A stretch of 47,003 bases of DNA from an uncultured Solibacteraceae bacterium (GTDB lineage Bacteria; Acidobacteriota; Vicinamibacteria; Vicinamibacterales; SCN-69-37). The stretch lies in NCBI GenBank assembly GCA_964573795.1, contig CAZNMF010000261.1:1-47003 (forward strand), written 5' to 3'. Made by a program: the position numbers and the translations under genes. The first letter of the stretch is position 1, and every line of letters begins with the position of its first letter. The notes under the pieces are model-generated. The model saw only the letters and a program-made list of their open reading frames with translations. It had not been told where the DNA came from and did no database searches. Shown here in pieces: positions 46,364-47,003 of the stretch.

Positions 46364-47003
46364 CTATTCCGCGCGAAGCGCGACAGCAGGATCGACGCGG
46401 CTGGCGCGCCGGCCAGGCAGGAGGCTCGCCAGTGTCGAGACGAGCAGCACGAGCAGGATCGCGAGTAGGAGCGCGCGCGGATCCGTCGGCGCGATTTCGA
46501 AGAGCACGCCTCGCAGCGTCCGCGTCCACGCCAGACACGCGAACGCGCCGATGATGGCGCCGATGGCGGTTGGGAGAAGTGCCTCGCGCACGATCATGCG
46601 GACGACACCTGGGCGCGTGGCTCCGAGTGCGAGGCGCACGCCGATCTCCGCCGTCCGGCCGGAGACGCGATGGCTGACCGTCGCGAAGATGCCGGCCATC
46701 GTCAGCGCCAACGCGACAGCGGCGAGCGTGACGAGCACGCGCGCGAGGAACCGCGGCTCGCCCATCGTGTGCTCGAACGACTCGCTCACGTCGCCAACTT
46801 CGACACGCGCGCGAGGCTCGATGGCGGTCGTCGCCGCGCGAACGGCGATCGGCACGTCCGGCGGCGCGCCTCGCCAGGCGAAGATCCGGCTCACGCGACC
46901 GCCCGTGTCGAAGGGCACGAACGCCGTGCCGTCCGAGTCGCGGTCGGCGAAGGAGATCGTGCGAACGATCCCGATGACCGTTCGCGCGTGCGGCGTCGCG
47001 CTC
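46364..47003 (-). CDS. ADOP/FtsX-type permease, C-terminal part (partial; N-terminus beyond the right edge)
   Basis: The frame is open from the window end. ...VIGIVRTISFADRDSDGTAFVPFDT... continues into the FtsX 4-TM module (RTAEIGVRLALGATRPGVVRMIVREALLPTAIGAIIG) and the family-typical C-terminus GRRASRVDPAVALRAE. Confidence 0.8.
   Translation of the reverse strand, partial: SATPHARTVIGIVRTISFADRDSDGTAFVPFDTGGRVSRIFAWRGAPPDVPIAVRAATTAIEPRARVEVGDVSESFEHTMGEPRFLARVLVTLAAVALALTMAGIFATVSHRVSGRTAEIGVRLALGATRPGVVRMIVREALLPTAIGAIIGAFACLAWTRTLRGVLFEIAPTDPRALLLAILLVLLVSTLASLLPGRRASRVDPAVALRAE

Overview
This is a high-G+C bacterial chromosomal segment with dense coding on both strands. High GC produces many long spurious antisense ORFs, which I ignored. 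The most likely source is Acidobacteriota. The basis is two translationally coupled PadR-regulator and ADOP-type duplicated FtsX/MacB permease pairs, plus a third ADOP-type permease running off the right edge.

The left half (1-25 kb) is mostly housekeeping:
- a partial UvrD/PcrA helicase
- leuC-leuD, a LysR regulator and a short LeuA-like synthase
- a TPR protein followed by glmU-glmS
- rsmI, an FmdB zinc-ribbon protein and galU
- serS followed by tRNA-Ser(UGA)
- DedA and a lipid/envelope-flavoured cluster
- a DUF899-TetR/YjbQ divergon
- an M13 peptidase, tandem CNNM/CorC proteins, a metzincin lipoprotein and an SDR epimerase

The right half (25-47 kb) is more accessory:
- PadR-ADOP pair 1
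- a small Cys-rich protein plus a 12-TM His-motif membrane protein
- an orphan type IV pilin-like gene with a sigma54-like promoter
- a complete kdp locus in an unusual order, with KdpD split into two genes: kdpD(C-half)-kdpE-[micro-ORF]-kdpF-kdpA-kdpB-kdpC-kdpD(N-half)-small membrane ORF
- a SAM methyltransferase
- a degraded LuxR-VOC fusion gene
- PadR-ADOP pair 2
- a 711-aa polytopic membrane protein

The observations most worth follow-up are:
- the split kdpD
- a 19-nt exact element present in inverted copies on both sides of kdpD(C)-kdpE, carrying 11-bp-phased TTCAGG hexamers (a candidate KdpE operator)
- two tandem 29-codon hydrophobic micro-ORFs ahead of kdpA
- the Cys-rich protein plus internally triplicated 12-TM protein pair
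- an AT-rich mosaic 3' part of rsmI

I saw no CRISPR array, transposase, integrase, phage gene or rRNA. All functional calls come from by-eye motif recognition and need database confirmation.
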